A DNA stretch of 64,000 bases from the NCBI GenBank assembly GCA_013265495.1, contig MU060947.1, positions 310,001 to 374,000 on the forward strand. Reading direction: 5' to 3'. A model generated the notes under the pieces. It saw nothing but the letters and a program-made list of their open reading frames with translations. It did not search any database and was not told where the DNA came from. Shown piece after piece: positions 12,647 to 22,984 of this stretch. Numbering within the stretch: position 1 is the stretch's first letter; each line of letters begins with the position of its first letter. The stretch is from Vicugna vicugna (lineage: Eukaryota). A program made the position numbers and the translations under genes.

Positions 12647-13487
12647 TACAGCAGACAGACTCTAAGGTGACTCACAGGACTCCTGTCTCTGAGTGTTCAT
12701 GCCACAGCATAATCTCTTCCCATTGAGTGTGCACAGAAACTATGACTTCTAACCAATAAAATACGGTAAAGATTACAGAATGTAAGTGATTGCATTTCCT
12801 ATGATTGTAATGTCTGTCTTGCAAGGAGTTCTCTCTCTTGCTGGCCTTGAAGAAGCAAGTTGCCCTATGTCGTGAGCTGCTGGTGGAGAGGGTCATGTGG
12901 CAAGGAACTGAGGGAAATTTCCAGCTGATGGCCAGCAGGACACTGAGACCCTCAATCTGACAGCCTGCAAGAAATTGGATTCTGTCAACAACCATGTGAG
13001 CTTGGAGGTGGGTCATTCCCCCCTTGAACCCCTGATGAGACTGCAGCCCTGGTCATTACTGTGATTGTCATTATCTGGATTGCAGCCTTGCAGGTGACCC
13101 GCTTAAGCCTCAGATCTTTTCTAATGCCCTGGCATGGAGCATCCATGGGAACCCACTCTGCACTCACAAAAGCGCAACCCCAAACTATAGGGGGCTTAAT
13201 GCCTGTAGAGCCACCATTGAACAATGGGCAATGGAGAATAAGGGTACATCCTTCTCCTCTTTCTCCTTAGGAAGTGCATTTATAAAGCTCCTCAAGAGGT
13301 CTACTGGAATGGAACACTGGATGTCCGTGGCAGGTGCCAACTTGACAAAGCTTCCTTGCATTGGCCTTTCCTATTCTCTTGTTTCAATCTTACCCCTTAT
13401 CCACAGAAACCATGAAAGAGTAAATACGTACTGTTTTAAGCTGCGAAATTTGTGGTAGTACTGTAAAGAGCAAGAGATAACTAATAC
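12647..13487 (+). mobile_element. MLT1E/F-like MaLR solo LTR, interrupted at ~13110-13390
   Basis: cagacagactctaagg...gtcatgtggcaaggaactgagg...caaccatgtgagcttggag...gagactgcagccc; 3' end ccacagaaaccatga...tgttttaagc...gataactaatac. Confidence 0.7.
13110..13390 (+). mobile_element. ERVL-type (LTR16-like) fragment nested in MLT1
   Basis: acaatgggcaatggaga...ggtgccaacttgacaaagc...cattggcctttccta resemble LTR16-family sequence. Confidence 0.35.
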
Positions 13488-14854
13488 TCTTAACTAATTC
13501 TTTAATGACCCATACATAGCTCTGGGGGAAAAAGAATGAACCAGTATATGTATGGCAGCCAATCATAAGCTATCTTTATGGGAAACCAGGCTGGTCCACA
13601 CCACATCATTCATCAGTGCTATACGGATATAAGCATCCTTCCTCTTCACCCCTCAAAGCTGTATTCTGTCCTTTGGTTAGTAAGCATAATCAGTCAAGCT
13701 GATTGCAATCTCTCCAACCAAAAGTATATTCTTGTATCATACAACATAGTCTCGAAAATGTAAGCTTTAGTCAAAAACCAGAAAAAAACATTTCTGATCT
13801 GACACTCATTAATTTTATATTTTAAAATAGTAGAAGCCATCTGTGAGAGTGTGCTCTTACTGCTGTCTCTGTGTTTCTCTGTATTAAGCTGTATGTTAGA
13901 ATAAAACACCCGAATGGTTTATCTCGTGCCGTCTAATACGCACTTGGGCTGATGTAGGGACTCAGCTCCCACAAGGAGGGCAAAGAACCAAGAACTGGCT
14001 GGACTTTCTATTCACAGAGTATCTTCGGCACGAGATTCCTCTGCACCTAATCCCACTGACCCCTGAGGACCACTGATGTCTCTCATTGGGGCCGGGGGCG
14101 AGGGGGGATCCTACCCAGGGAAACGGGGGCAGCAGGAGATTGAGGAGGCTGGTGAGGTAGCTCACTTCTGGTTGCCTCTTCAAGTCTCCCTGGTGGGAAG
14201 GGGGTGGCAACAGAGCCTGCCCGGGCTTCTTTCCTTTGTCGTGTTGACTAGGCAGGAACAGATGCTTAAATGGCAGAAACATACGAACGTGGGTGTTGAA
14301 GTGAGGGAATAAGGCATGAGAAAAAGAGCAATTGCAAGTGGCAGATCTGGGACCCAGAAGCTGGTTGTTAGAGTCAGCACTAGACGAAGTTCTAAGAAGT
14401 CCCACTCATCGGTTTCCTAATGATGTGGCCATTCCAGTATAGAGGCCAACGACTACTTGCCAGGAATCAGGCTGGGTGTTGGAGATCAACGGTATGTAAG
14501 AAAGACGTGGTCCCTGTTTGAAAAGTATTGGTGACCAATAGAACAGTACATGCAAAGACCCAGAGGAATCTGCTGAGCTGTGGGACCAGGCCAGGGCCAC
14601 TGAAAGGGGTGGGAGGAAGAGAGATCAGACAGAACTCAGAAGCCAAGGCAAGGATGCTTGAGGAAGTACAGTTTGTAAGCAGCTCCCCGGACTTTTTCTT
14701 TCGTATTTCACATTGCCGTCCTACTGCTGGAACCCTTGTATTTTGCTTTTATCAAGTGATCCTGTGCCCTTGGCTCTGATGCTCTGAAGAAGCCCAGCCT
14801 GCCTTGGCACTCTCCAGACCTCTTCTATCCCATTAAAGCATATTCGGGGGCCAC

Positions 14855-15000
14855 AGAGCATAGTAATAAAAACGCTGACCCTGGTGTCAGATAGTCCTGG
14901 CTTAACACTTCATTTCCACCACTTCAAGTCCAGTGACCATGGGTAAATCGTCCATCCTTTCTAAGAGCACCTCATAAGGTTGTTGAGAGCATTTTGAGCT
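14855..15000 (+). mobile_element. MIR SINE (internally deleted)
   Basis: agcatagtaataaaaacgctgac...cagtgaccatgggtaa...cacctcataaggttgttgagag. Confidence 0.5.
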
Positions 15001-16304
15001 TGGAGGCTGGAAGACAGTGTGTGCTGAATAAGTGATAGTCACTATTATTTTCTGCCACTGGAATGCTATACTTACTCATCAGCTAATGATGATAAACTAG
15101 GATGCAATAATGTGTTAAAGGAAGACTTTATAAATACTCTTGGGAGGAGCATTTAAAAGTGCCTAAGCCCGGAGTGGTGGTTCTCTAATGCCAGGGATGT
15201 CGAATGGTAGAGCAGGCCAGCGGGAGAAAGAGTTCTGATCTTTCGATGTGGACTGTGGACCAGGCAACATGCTAAGCATCTTGCAGTTCTACTCGAATTG
15301 AATTCCCACAACAAGTGTGTAAGGCGGCATTCCCAGTACTTCCTTTCTCCAGGTGAGACAACTGAGGTTTGGCGGCTTGTGTCCCTGGGCAAGGCACGTG
15401 ACTGTCACTGTCAGCAGGGATATTTATCTATACTCTTCCCAAATGAGGTGGCCAGGGTGAGAGATCCCCTTGAATTATGCTCATGGTACCTGCACACATG
15501 TGCACTATGGGCCAGCCAAACAGGGCCCATGGATCCCTCTGGAAGTTTCCTTTTTGTTTTTGGAGAGTAACTACCAGCCCCAGGCTCTCCTTGAAATGTA
15601 ATGCAGTGGACGGTTTTTCTGGGTCCACTGTGTGGCCAGCTTCCCAGCATCCCAGCCTCTGCTTCTTCACCACCCTGGCCCAACTGCCCCCAAGCCATCG
15701 TTTGGACCCCAGAAATGTTTGCCTGGTCAGTGCTAAGAATCGAAGTAGTCTTGAATTTAACACACAGAATTTGAAAAATGTTACCCATGGCTCCCAAACA
15801 AAACCAAAACTAAACTTTAAAAAAGAAAAAAAACAACAACTAGTTTCCCGAGGCTCATTCCACCTGGGAAGGCATATAGGAAAGTGGATGAACAAAGCCA
15901 TTTCATCTTGATTTCAGGCACAGACAGCAAAATCAACAAAGAGGAACAGAGGACTGCGATGTCCCCAGTGTAATGGCCTTCGGCATGGTGCTGGTAGAGA
16001 AAGGAGAGGCATATTTTAGAACCCAGGTGAGTTGCTGGTCACAAAATAATGATTCCACGTGGATGAACAAATCTGAAAGTCAGTGAAGATTTCAGGGGCA
16101 AAACAAACAAACAACAAACAAAAAGATTTTCCTGTGTTCTTCCAAGACTGCCAGTGAATTCAGGGGAAGAAGGAAGAAAAACAGCGGAGACTCCTGGAGG
16201 GGACAGAGACAGCCAGGGGAGAGGGGAAAGGAGAGGCGGAGAAAGAAGATGAATTACAAAGATGCTCATTCAGCCCACAGGCATTTAGAAGCCATAGAGG
16301 GCCG

Positions 16305-16420
16305 ATGGTTCAGTGCTTGGCTAGATGGGGGACTGGGTCTTAGACTCTACTCCTCAGTCTGTAAAATGGGGATAACGTGGGGATATTAATAGTATTTACC
16401 TTTTCAGGGAGTTGGATACG
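16305..16420 (+). mobile_element. MIR SINE fragment
   Basis: cctcagtctgtaaaatggggata...taatagtatttacc. Confidence 0.45.
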
Positions 16421-17732
16421 CCCTTAGTTTCCTGTCTGACCCACAGAGCCCCTAGCTGTTACCGTTAATACTTGTGATATTATTTACTTGTTCACTATTT
16501 GCGAGGTACTTGAGAGGCGGGCACGGAGGCGACAGAGACAAGAACCCAGCTGTGACCTTACAATCGAGTGGAGGAGTTAAGGGGAGTGCACTCATTCTGT
16601 CTTTGCATTTTTAAGTATCGTAAGTTACAAAGAATTATGGGATTCAAGAAAGTTGCTTAAATTAACAGGGTCAAAGAAATGCTCAAAGGCATTGCTGTTT
16701 TACGTCCAGATAGCAATACTAGACACAGACTGATGAACTGCCTTCCAGGGCCAGGAGGTCAGAGAGAGGACAGAAGGTGGCAGAAAGGAGAAACTGACAC
16801 ACATAACTCTCTACCTTTTGGTCGCCTTCCTTTATTATGCAGATTTAGACACACACTCTTGCTTTGCTTCTGGCGCTAATTCAGGGTGGAGATAATTAAG
16901 TGCATGGATTGAGGATGACAAAAGTTGTCTGTTTCATGTCTCGAGTATCAGGTTTCTAAGCCACAACAAGTGGTCCGGGCAAACAGATCTTCACCATACA
17001 CTGCATTCCTCTGCATTAGTGCTCAAGTGCAATTTGGAAATGCTATTCCAATTATGGAAGATTGTGGCTGGCCTGGAGGTGATCCTTTTCTGGGCCCAAC
17101 TTCTCAGCTTTTTATGACAGGAGCAGCAACCTGAACCTTCAGGAGGAATCAGACGTTGCTGTGAAGGTTGTTAAAGCTCAAATACGCAATAGGGGCTCTT
17201 GCTGAGAGAAGCTGGTTAGCTCAGCAGTCCATATAAACTACAGGAGGCTTTTCAACCTCATCCTCTCCCTCCCAGCGCACGGGGAGCCCAGCCCACTCCT
17301 CTGCCAGTGTTCCAGGACATGTGCACCCCTGCTGTCCACACACGGGGAGCCCCGGCTTTCCCATCACCTCCAGCTCTGTTGCTGTGATCATGGCATCTTC
17401 AAACAGAAGGCAGCACAGCCTGTCCGGGCAGGAGGAAGACTGAAACCAAAACTCAGTACTGCCGGCCATCGGAAAACATCCCTGGGTGGTGCCAGGTACA
17501 GATGAGGAACGTTCTGCCTTTTTCTGTACACTCCCAGCTGCTACATGTTAGTAACAGTTAAGCAAAGGACAAAATTCAGAGCTCTGTTTTCCCATTACTT
17601 GTATAGGCTGCATCACTGTTAAAATCTCTGAAGGTAAAATTGTGACCCTTTCCTAATTTACCTGGGCTACTTCAAGTCTACCTGGGGGAAATCCTTTCCA
17701 CAGACAAACTGCCACTGCCTTTTAAGGGTTTT

Positions 17733-17764
17733 GCAGGCTATATTGGTTAAGAATCTGAGACTGG
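17733..17764 (+). mobile_element. 5' stub of the MIR split by the ZNF615 retrocopy (includes left TSD 17749-17764)
   Basis: gcaggctatattggttaagaatctgagactgg matches the MIR head and continues at 20908. Confidence 0.6.
17749..17764 (+). repeat. Left target-site duplication aagaatctgagactgg
   Basis: Identical 16-mer at 20908-20923; preceded by tt, giving an L1-endonuclease-like TT/AAGA site. Confidence 0.95.
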
Positions 17765-18030
17765 GCAGAAACGCTTCGGACCCTCGTTGGCCACCGTAGG
17801 GCGGTGATGGGGGAAGCGGACCAAGTTCAGCGAAGTAAGTTCAGGCGCCGGCCGGTAGCGAAGGTCCCTGGAAGTAGTCAGGTCACTAGAAGTTGTGGAA
17901 TATGGTTTTCTGTGCTGTACAGTAGAAACCTGTCATTTATCCCACACATAATCGTTAGCATCTGCAGATCTCCAGCTCCTGCATTTTGGAGGTCTCCCGG
18001 TTTGCAGCCATTTCCCAAAGTTGGAAGAAA

Positions 18031-18216
18031 ATGATCCAAGCCCAGGAATCCCTGACATATGACGATGTGGCTATGAAGTTCACGTGGGAGGAGTGGCAGC
18101 TCCTGACCCCGGATCAGAAGGCCCTGTACCGGGACGTGATGCTGGAGAACTACAGCCACCTGGTGTCCGTGGGGTATCAAGCCAGCAAACCAGACACGCT
18201 CTCCAGGTTGGAATGA
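18031..18216 (+). CDS. Residual KRAB-only ORF (61 aa, MIQAQESL...TLSRLE) of the retrocopy; translation unproven
   Basis: ATG at 18031; KRAB-A DV and MLENY motifs intact; ends at premature TGA where ZNF615 has Arg (LERGEE). Confidence 0.3.
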   Translation: MIQAQESLTYDDVAMKFTWEEWQLLTPDQKALYRDVMLENYSHLVSVGYQASKPDTLSRLE

Positions 18217-18773
18217 GGGGAAGAGTTGTGGACCATAAAAGCTGAAATCCACCGTCGAGTCCATGCAGAAATCAGGAATGTGGATGACTCTCCACAGCCT
18301 CACTTGCAAAATCAAAGCACTCAAAAGAGTGGGGAACTCGGCTGTGAACTTAAGACGCCTGCAGATGTCGTTGATCCGAGCAAAAGTCATTTACTGCTAA
18401 AGCAAAATCATGGTGTGTTTGACCCAAGGGAAACACTTTTAAAATCAAATTCAAATTTTGAAGACCAGAACAGAAGCTGTCAATTAAAGAACTCTGCTGA
18501 GTTTCATGGAGACAGGAAATCCCTTCTCCATGCTAACCATGAGCAGTCTTGTCCTGAAACTAAATTTTCCGTAAGTGCCAAACCCACTGACAATACATCC
18601 CAGGCCACTAAGCAACAGAGAATTCACAACACAGAGAAGGCCCACGTGTGCAGTGAATCAAGACGTCTCAGCTCTTTGATCATCAGAGACATCATCCTGG
18701 AGAGAAACCCCACGGATGTAGCCTGTGTGGGAGAGCCTTCTCCAGGGAGTCCAGGCTCCCTGAACAGCAGAGA

Positions 18774-20210
18774 ATGCATGCAGGACCGAAGCATTATGAG
18801 TGCGCCGAGTGTGAGAAGACCTTCACGAAGTCGCAGTTCAGCATACATCAGAAAACTCACGTGGGAGAGAAGCCTTACACCTGTAGTGACTGTGGGAAAG
18901 CCTTCATCAAGAAGTGCCGGCTCATTTATCACCAGCCAACTCACACAGGAGAGAAGCCCCACGGGGGCGATCTGTGCGGGAAAGCCTTCTCCACAAAGTT
19001 CAGTCTCACCACACATCAGAAAACGCACACAGGAGAGAAGCCTTACATATGCAGCGAGTGTGGAAAGGGCCTCATTGAGAAGCGGCGTCTTGCGGCACAT
19101 CATCGAACGCACACAGGCGAGAAACCCTTTAAAGGCAGTGAATGTGGGAAAAGTTTCACCTTGAAGAATAGCCTTTTCACCCATCAGCACAGCCACAGAG
19201 AAGAGAAGCTGTACACGTGCAGTGAGTGTGGGAAAGGCTTTTCCATGAAGCACCGTCTGGTCATCCATCAGCGAACTCACACTGGAGAGAAACCGTATAC
19301 AGGCAGCGAGTGTGGAAAAGGCTTCCCCTTGAAGAGCCCTCTCATCAGGCACCAGCGGACGCACACGGGAGAGAAGCCGTATGTGTGCAGTGAATGCGGA
19401 AAAGGTTTCACCATGAAGCGCGACCTCATCGTACATCAGCGGACGCACACGGCCGAGAAGCCCTACACATGCGGTGACTGTGGGAAAGGCTTCACCGTGA
19501 AGAGCCGCCTGATTGTGCACCAGCGAACCCACACGGGCGAGAAACCCTACGTGTGCAGCAAATGCGGAAAAGGCTTCCCGGCAAAGATCCGGCTGATTGG
19601 ACACCAGCGAACTCACACAGGAGAGAAACCCTATATATGCAGTGAGTGTGGGAAAGGCTTCACGGAGAAGAGCCATCTCAACGTACATCGGCGCACTCAC
19701 ACTGGAGAGAGACCCTACGTGTGCAATGAATGTGGCAAAGGCTTAACTGGGGAAAGCATGCTGATTGCACATCTGCGAACTCATACGGGAGAGAAACCAT
19801 ATATATGTAATGAATGTGGGAAGGGCTTCACCATGAAGAGCACCCTAGGTATCCATCAGCAAACTCACACTGGAGAGGAGCCATACAAGTGCGACGCATG
19901 CGGTAAAGCCTTTAGGAAGAAGACGTGCCTCATACAGCATCAGAGGTTCCACAAGGGAAGGACTTCCTTCGAATGCACTGAATGTGGGAAATTCTCTTTG
20001 CGCAAAAATGACCTCATTACCCATCAGAGGATTCACACAGGAGAGAAGCCGTATGAGTGCAGCGCGTGTGGGAAAGCCTTCACTACAAAGTCGGGGCTCA
20101 ACGTTCATCAAAGGAAACACACAGGAGAGAGGCCCTATGGATGCAGCGAATGTGGGAAGGCTTTTGCCCACCTGTCAATCCTTGTTAAGCATAAGAGGAC
20201 TCACAGGTAG
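18774..20210 (+). CDS. Residual KRAB-less C2H2 array ORF (478 aa, fingers 3-19) of the retrocopy; translation unproven
   Basis: Open frame from ATG 18774 (A at -3) to the native stop TAG; 17 finger units, 10 consecutive ones with all zinc ligands intact. Confidence 0.35.
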   Translation: MHAGPKHYECAECEKTFTKSQFSIHQKTHVGEKPYTCSDCGKAFIKKCRLIYHQPTHTGEKPHGGDLCGKAFSTKFSLTTHQKTHTGEKPYICSECGKGLIEKRRLAAHHRTHTGEKPFKGSECGKSFTLKNSLFTHQHSHREEKLYTCSECGKGFSMKHRLVIHQRTHTGEKPYTGSECGKGFPLKSPLIRHQRTHTGEKPYVCSECGKGFTMKRDLIVHQRTHTAEKPYTCGDCGKGFTVKSRLIVHQRTHTGEKPYVCSKCGKGFPAKIRLIGHQRTHTGEKPYICSECGKGFTEKSHLNVHRRTHTGERPYVCNECGKGLTGESMLIAHLRTHTGEKPYICNECGKGFTMKSTLGIHQQTHTGEEPYKCDACGKAFRKKTCLIQHQRFHKGRTSFECTECGKFSLRKNDLITHQRIHTGEKPYECSACGKAFTTKSGLNVHQRKHTGERPYGCSECGKAFAHLSILVKHKRTHR

Positions 20211-20870
20211 TCACTTCAGGACCCAGTTGTAGACCCTCAAGATAATAGTATTCAGTGGAGAAGAGCAATGTGGTATTTATCTTTAGTGATCAATTACCTC
20301 GTATTTTATGTTGATGGGAGAATTTACAATATGACTCACATACAGTCGGCCTTGAGAGTATTTTTAGGACATCCTTATGTCTACAAAGTGTATTCTAAGC
20401 TAAAGCCTGTGAATGTGAAAGACTTAGGAAAGCATTCGGTGGGAATAGACCCTTTTGTACGTGATCATCATAGATCATGAATGAATGAGCATTTCTAATA
20501 TAATCGTGGGAATGCCTTTGCCCGCAAGTGAGACCTCAACAGGCGTCAGTTAACTGTAGCAAAATACCTTCTCGGGTGATAACTCTGGCAGGGTTTGCAG
20601 TAATATATTTTGCCTCATCCGTTGCTAGGAAATCCAAACAAAAGTAACTTACAAACACATTCAATATGGTGGACTTTAACAAAATATCAGACAACTCAGT
20701 GAAGGAAAGAGGCCTTGGGGAAATGATGAATGAGAGCGTTCTGTCACAAGTCTCAACTCGAGGTAATCCACCTCACAAGCAACTGGGGACAGGATCCCTT
20801 CCACCAGGCTTCTAGCTGCCTTGTCATTGATCTTACAAATTTTAAATAGTGTCAGTCACTCTCCTCATGG

Positions 20871-20876
20871 ATTAAA
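20871..20876 (+). terminator. Polyadenylation signal ATTAAA of the parental mRNA
   Basis: 18 nt upstream of the retrotransposed A15 tail. Confidence 0.8.
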
Positions 20877-20907
20877 TTTTAACATATACAACATAAAAAA
20901 AAAAAAA

Positions 20908-21125
20908 AAGAATCTGAGACTGGCAACCACCCTGAACTGGGTTTGACTCCTGACTTACCACTACCTACTAGCTGGGTGACCTCAGGCAAGTGACTTCCGC
21001 TCTGCAAGCCTGTCTCCGTATCTTCAAGGCAGGCAGGAGCACCCGCTGCCTGATTGAGAATTCTTTTGAGGATTTAGAGAGATCATGACATCGTGTTCCT
21101 CTCAGTGACTGGCACAGAGTATTCA
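20908..21125 (+). mobile_element. Remainder of the split MIR (begins with right TSD 20908-20923)
   Basis: ctgggtttgactcctgacttaccact...ctagctgggtgacctcaggcaagtgactt...gaggatttagagaga...ctggcacagagtattcagtaa. Confidence 0.75.
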
Positions 21126-21589
21126 GTAATTTTTTGTTTACTATTGTAATTGTTTTACTATTACAAAAGAGAATCGAACAAAATGCACCAGCTGATGTAG
21201 AAAGCAATTGGAAAATGTATTTAAGGTGACGCACATTTATTTCTGCAATTTAGAATGTGACAATCAGACAAACAAACGTTTCTTTCTTGATTGAGTGCTC
21301 AGTAGGGTTTGCATAACGTACTATTAGAAATGCCTTGTTATAAGGGGAAAAAAACCCCACCAGGTTTAGAATATCATTTGAATTTGGAGGAATTCCTTTC
21401 TCACCAAGTTGCAATTTGAAAAGATAAGTCGCTATGACAAGTGGAACAGACAGCAGAAAGGCATGGTTTTTGGCTACCTGAACCATCTCAAATAATTCAT
21501 CTGGTTCTCTCCACCTCTGCTTCAATCTCTCTCTATCCAGTAAAGCAAAAGGTGTATTCCAGGCAAGGACATTATTTCTTCCTCAAAGC

Positions 21590-21780
21590 TTGGTTTTGGA
21601 GTCAGATAGAACTAGCTTCAAGTTCTAGCCCCGCAGCACGTGAACTGGGTGACTAATGATTTGGAGCACCCGTCTATGCTTCTGAGGGCTGGGGGTGAAT
21701 GGAGTACCTTCCAGTGGGGTTGCTGGGAGGATTAAGAGAGAATGTGTAGGAAATGGCGCAGGCTCAGCAAATGGCAGTAG
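21590..21780 (+). mobile_element. MIR SINE
   Basis: ggttttggagtcagatagaactagcttcaagttctagc...gggaggattaagagag. Confidence 0.55.
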
Positions 21781-21793
21781 GGAAGATGATGAA

Positions 21794-22351
21794 AATCATT
21801 CTCAAACGTTTTGTTCTCAGAATTCCCTCTTAAACTGAGGACCCCAAAGAGCTCTAGTTTGTGAACTTAATTCATTTTTAATTAAAATTAAATTAAAATA
21901 AAGCTTATTTTGTTAATATGAAAAACTAAATGAGAAACTTTAAAAATAATTGTGTATTAATGACTTCACTTATTTTATTAATATGAAAAATTAAATGAGA
22001 ACATTCAAAAATATTTGTGTATTAATTTAAAAATCACAGCAAACACTACAGGCCAACCTAAACAAAATTTAATGAAAAATAACTTTTTAAAAAACAAGAA
22101 TAATAGAGAAGACTGTCATTATTGCACAATTTTTTCAAGTCTCTTTAATGTCTCAGTAGAAAAGTGGAATTCTTGTATCTGCTTCCCCTAAAACCTGATG
22201 CAATATCATATAACTTCTGGAAAACGCCACCTTATACTCAAGAGAAAATGAAAGTGGAAAAAAGCAATAATCCCTGGTGTTGTAAAAATAGTTTTGACTT
22301 CATGGACTCCCTAAGAGGGTCTCAGGGACCCCCACACTTGGGAAACAACGG
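21794..22351. mobile_element. Charlie1-family hAT non-autonomous element
   Basis: cattctcaaacgttttgttctcag...gaggaccccaaagagct at one end; aaaatagttttgacttcatggactccctaagagggtctcagggacccc...ttgggaaacaacg at the other. Confidence 0.7.
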
Positions 22352-22424
22352 ACTTAGAGCAACTGCCTTTTGAACTCTCAGAGGTTAAAGATGACCATAT
22401 TGTCTTTAACTCCTCCCATCAAAT

Positions 22425-22927
22425 ACATATACACACAATGTGTACACACACACACATATATACAATGGAGTATTACTTAGCCATGAAAAAGAAACATTGC
22501 CATTTGTGACAACATGGACGAATCTAGAGGGTATTATGGTAAACGAAATACGACAGAGAAAGGCAAATACCTACTATATATGATCTCACTTATATGCAGA
22601 ATCTAAAAAACAAAACAAACAAAATAAAATGAAAACAGACTCCTAGATACAGAGAACACATGGATGGTGGCCAGAGGGGAGGGTGAGTGAAACAGTTGAA
22701 GAGGATTAAGAAGTACAAACCTATAGTTGTCAAATAAATCAGCCATGGGGGTGTAATACATAGCATAAGGTCAATAATATCATGATGACTTTGGATGGGG
22801 ACAGATCATTACTAGAATTATCATGGTGGTCATTTCATAATGTAGGCAAATGCCCAATCTCTAGGTGGTACACCTGAAACTAACATAATGTATATGTCAG
22901 CTATATTTCAATAAACATTTTTTAAAA
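22425..22927 (+). mobile_element. Older L1 3' end (L1MA9/10-like)
   Basis: gccatttgtgacaacatggacgaatctagagggtattatg...gtacacctgaaactaacataatg...tttcaataaac. Confidence 0.8.
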
Positions 22928-22984
22928 GGTGAAATCTATTTCCCCATGGTTGGGCTGGCCTCGTGTCCTGATCACTAAATGTGG

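Larger units (their letters stand above)
17765..20909 (+). pseudogene. ZNF615: Processed (retrotransposed) copy of KRAB C2H2 zinc-finger gene ZNF615
   Basis: Intronless 5'UTR, KRAB-A/B, spacer, 19 fingers and 3'UTR. Finger sequences [58 protein letters not shown] and the C-terminus [14 protein letters not shown] match human ZNF615 as I recall it. Poly(A) at 20895-20909, ATTAAA at 20871 and perfect TSD. Disabled by TGA at 18214 and a frameshift at 18658/18659. Confidence 0.92.

Noticed and set aside
17878-18390. 170-aa antisense ORF over the KRAB region
   Set aside because: Antisense to the retrocopy, with no recognisable domain.
18226-19164. 312-aa ORF starting at TTG
   Set aside because: It is the ZNF615 spacer read in frame up to the deletion at 18658, then out-of-frame finger sequence; part of the pseudogene.
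18624-19700. 358-aa antisense ORF
   Set aside because: Shadow frame of the 84-nt periodic zinc-finger array (repeating GEAFPT-like motifs); common for C2H2 genes and not independent evidence of a gene.
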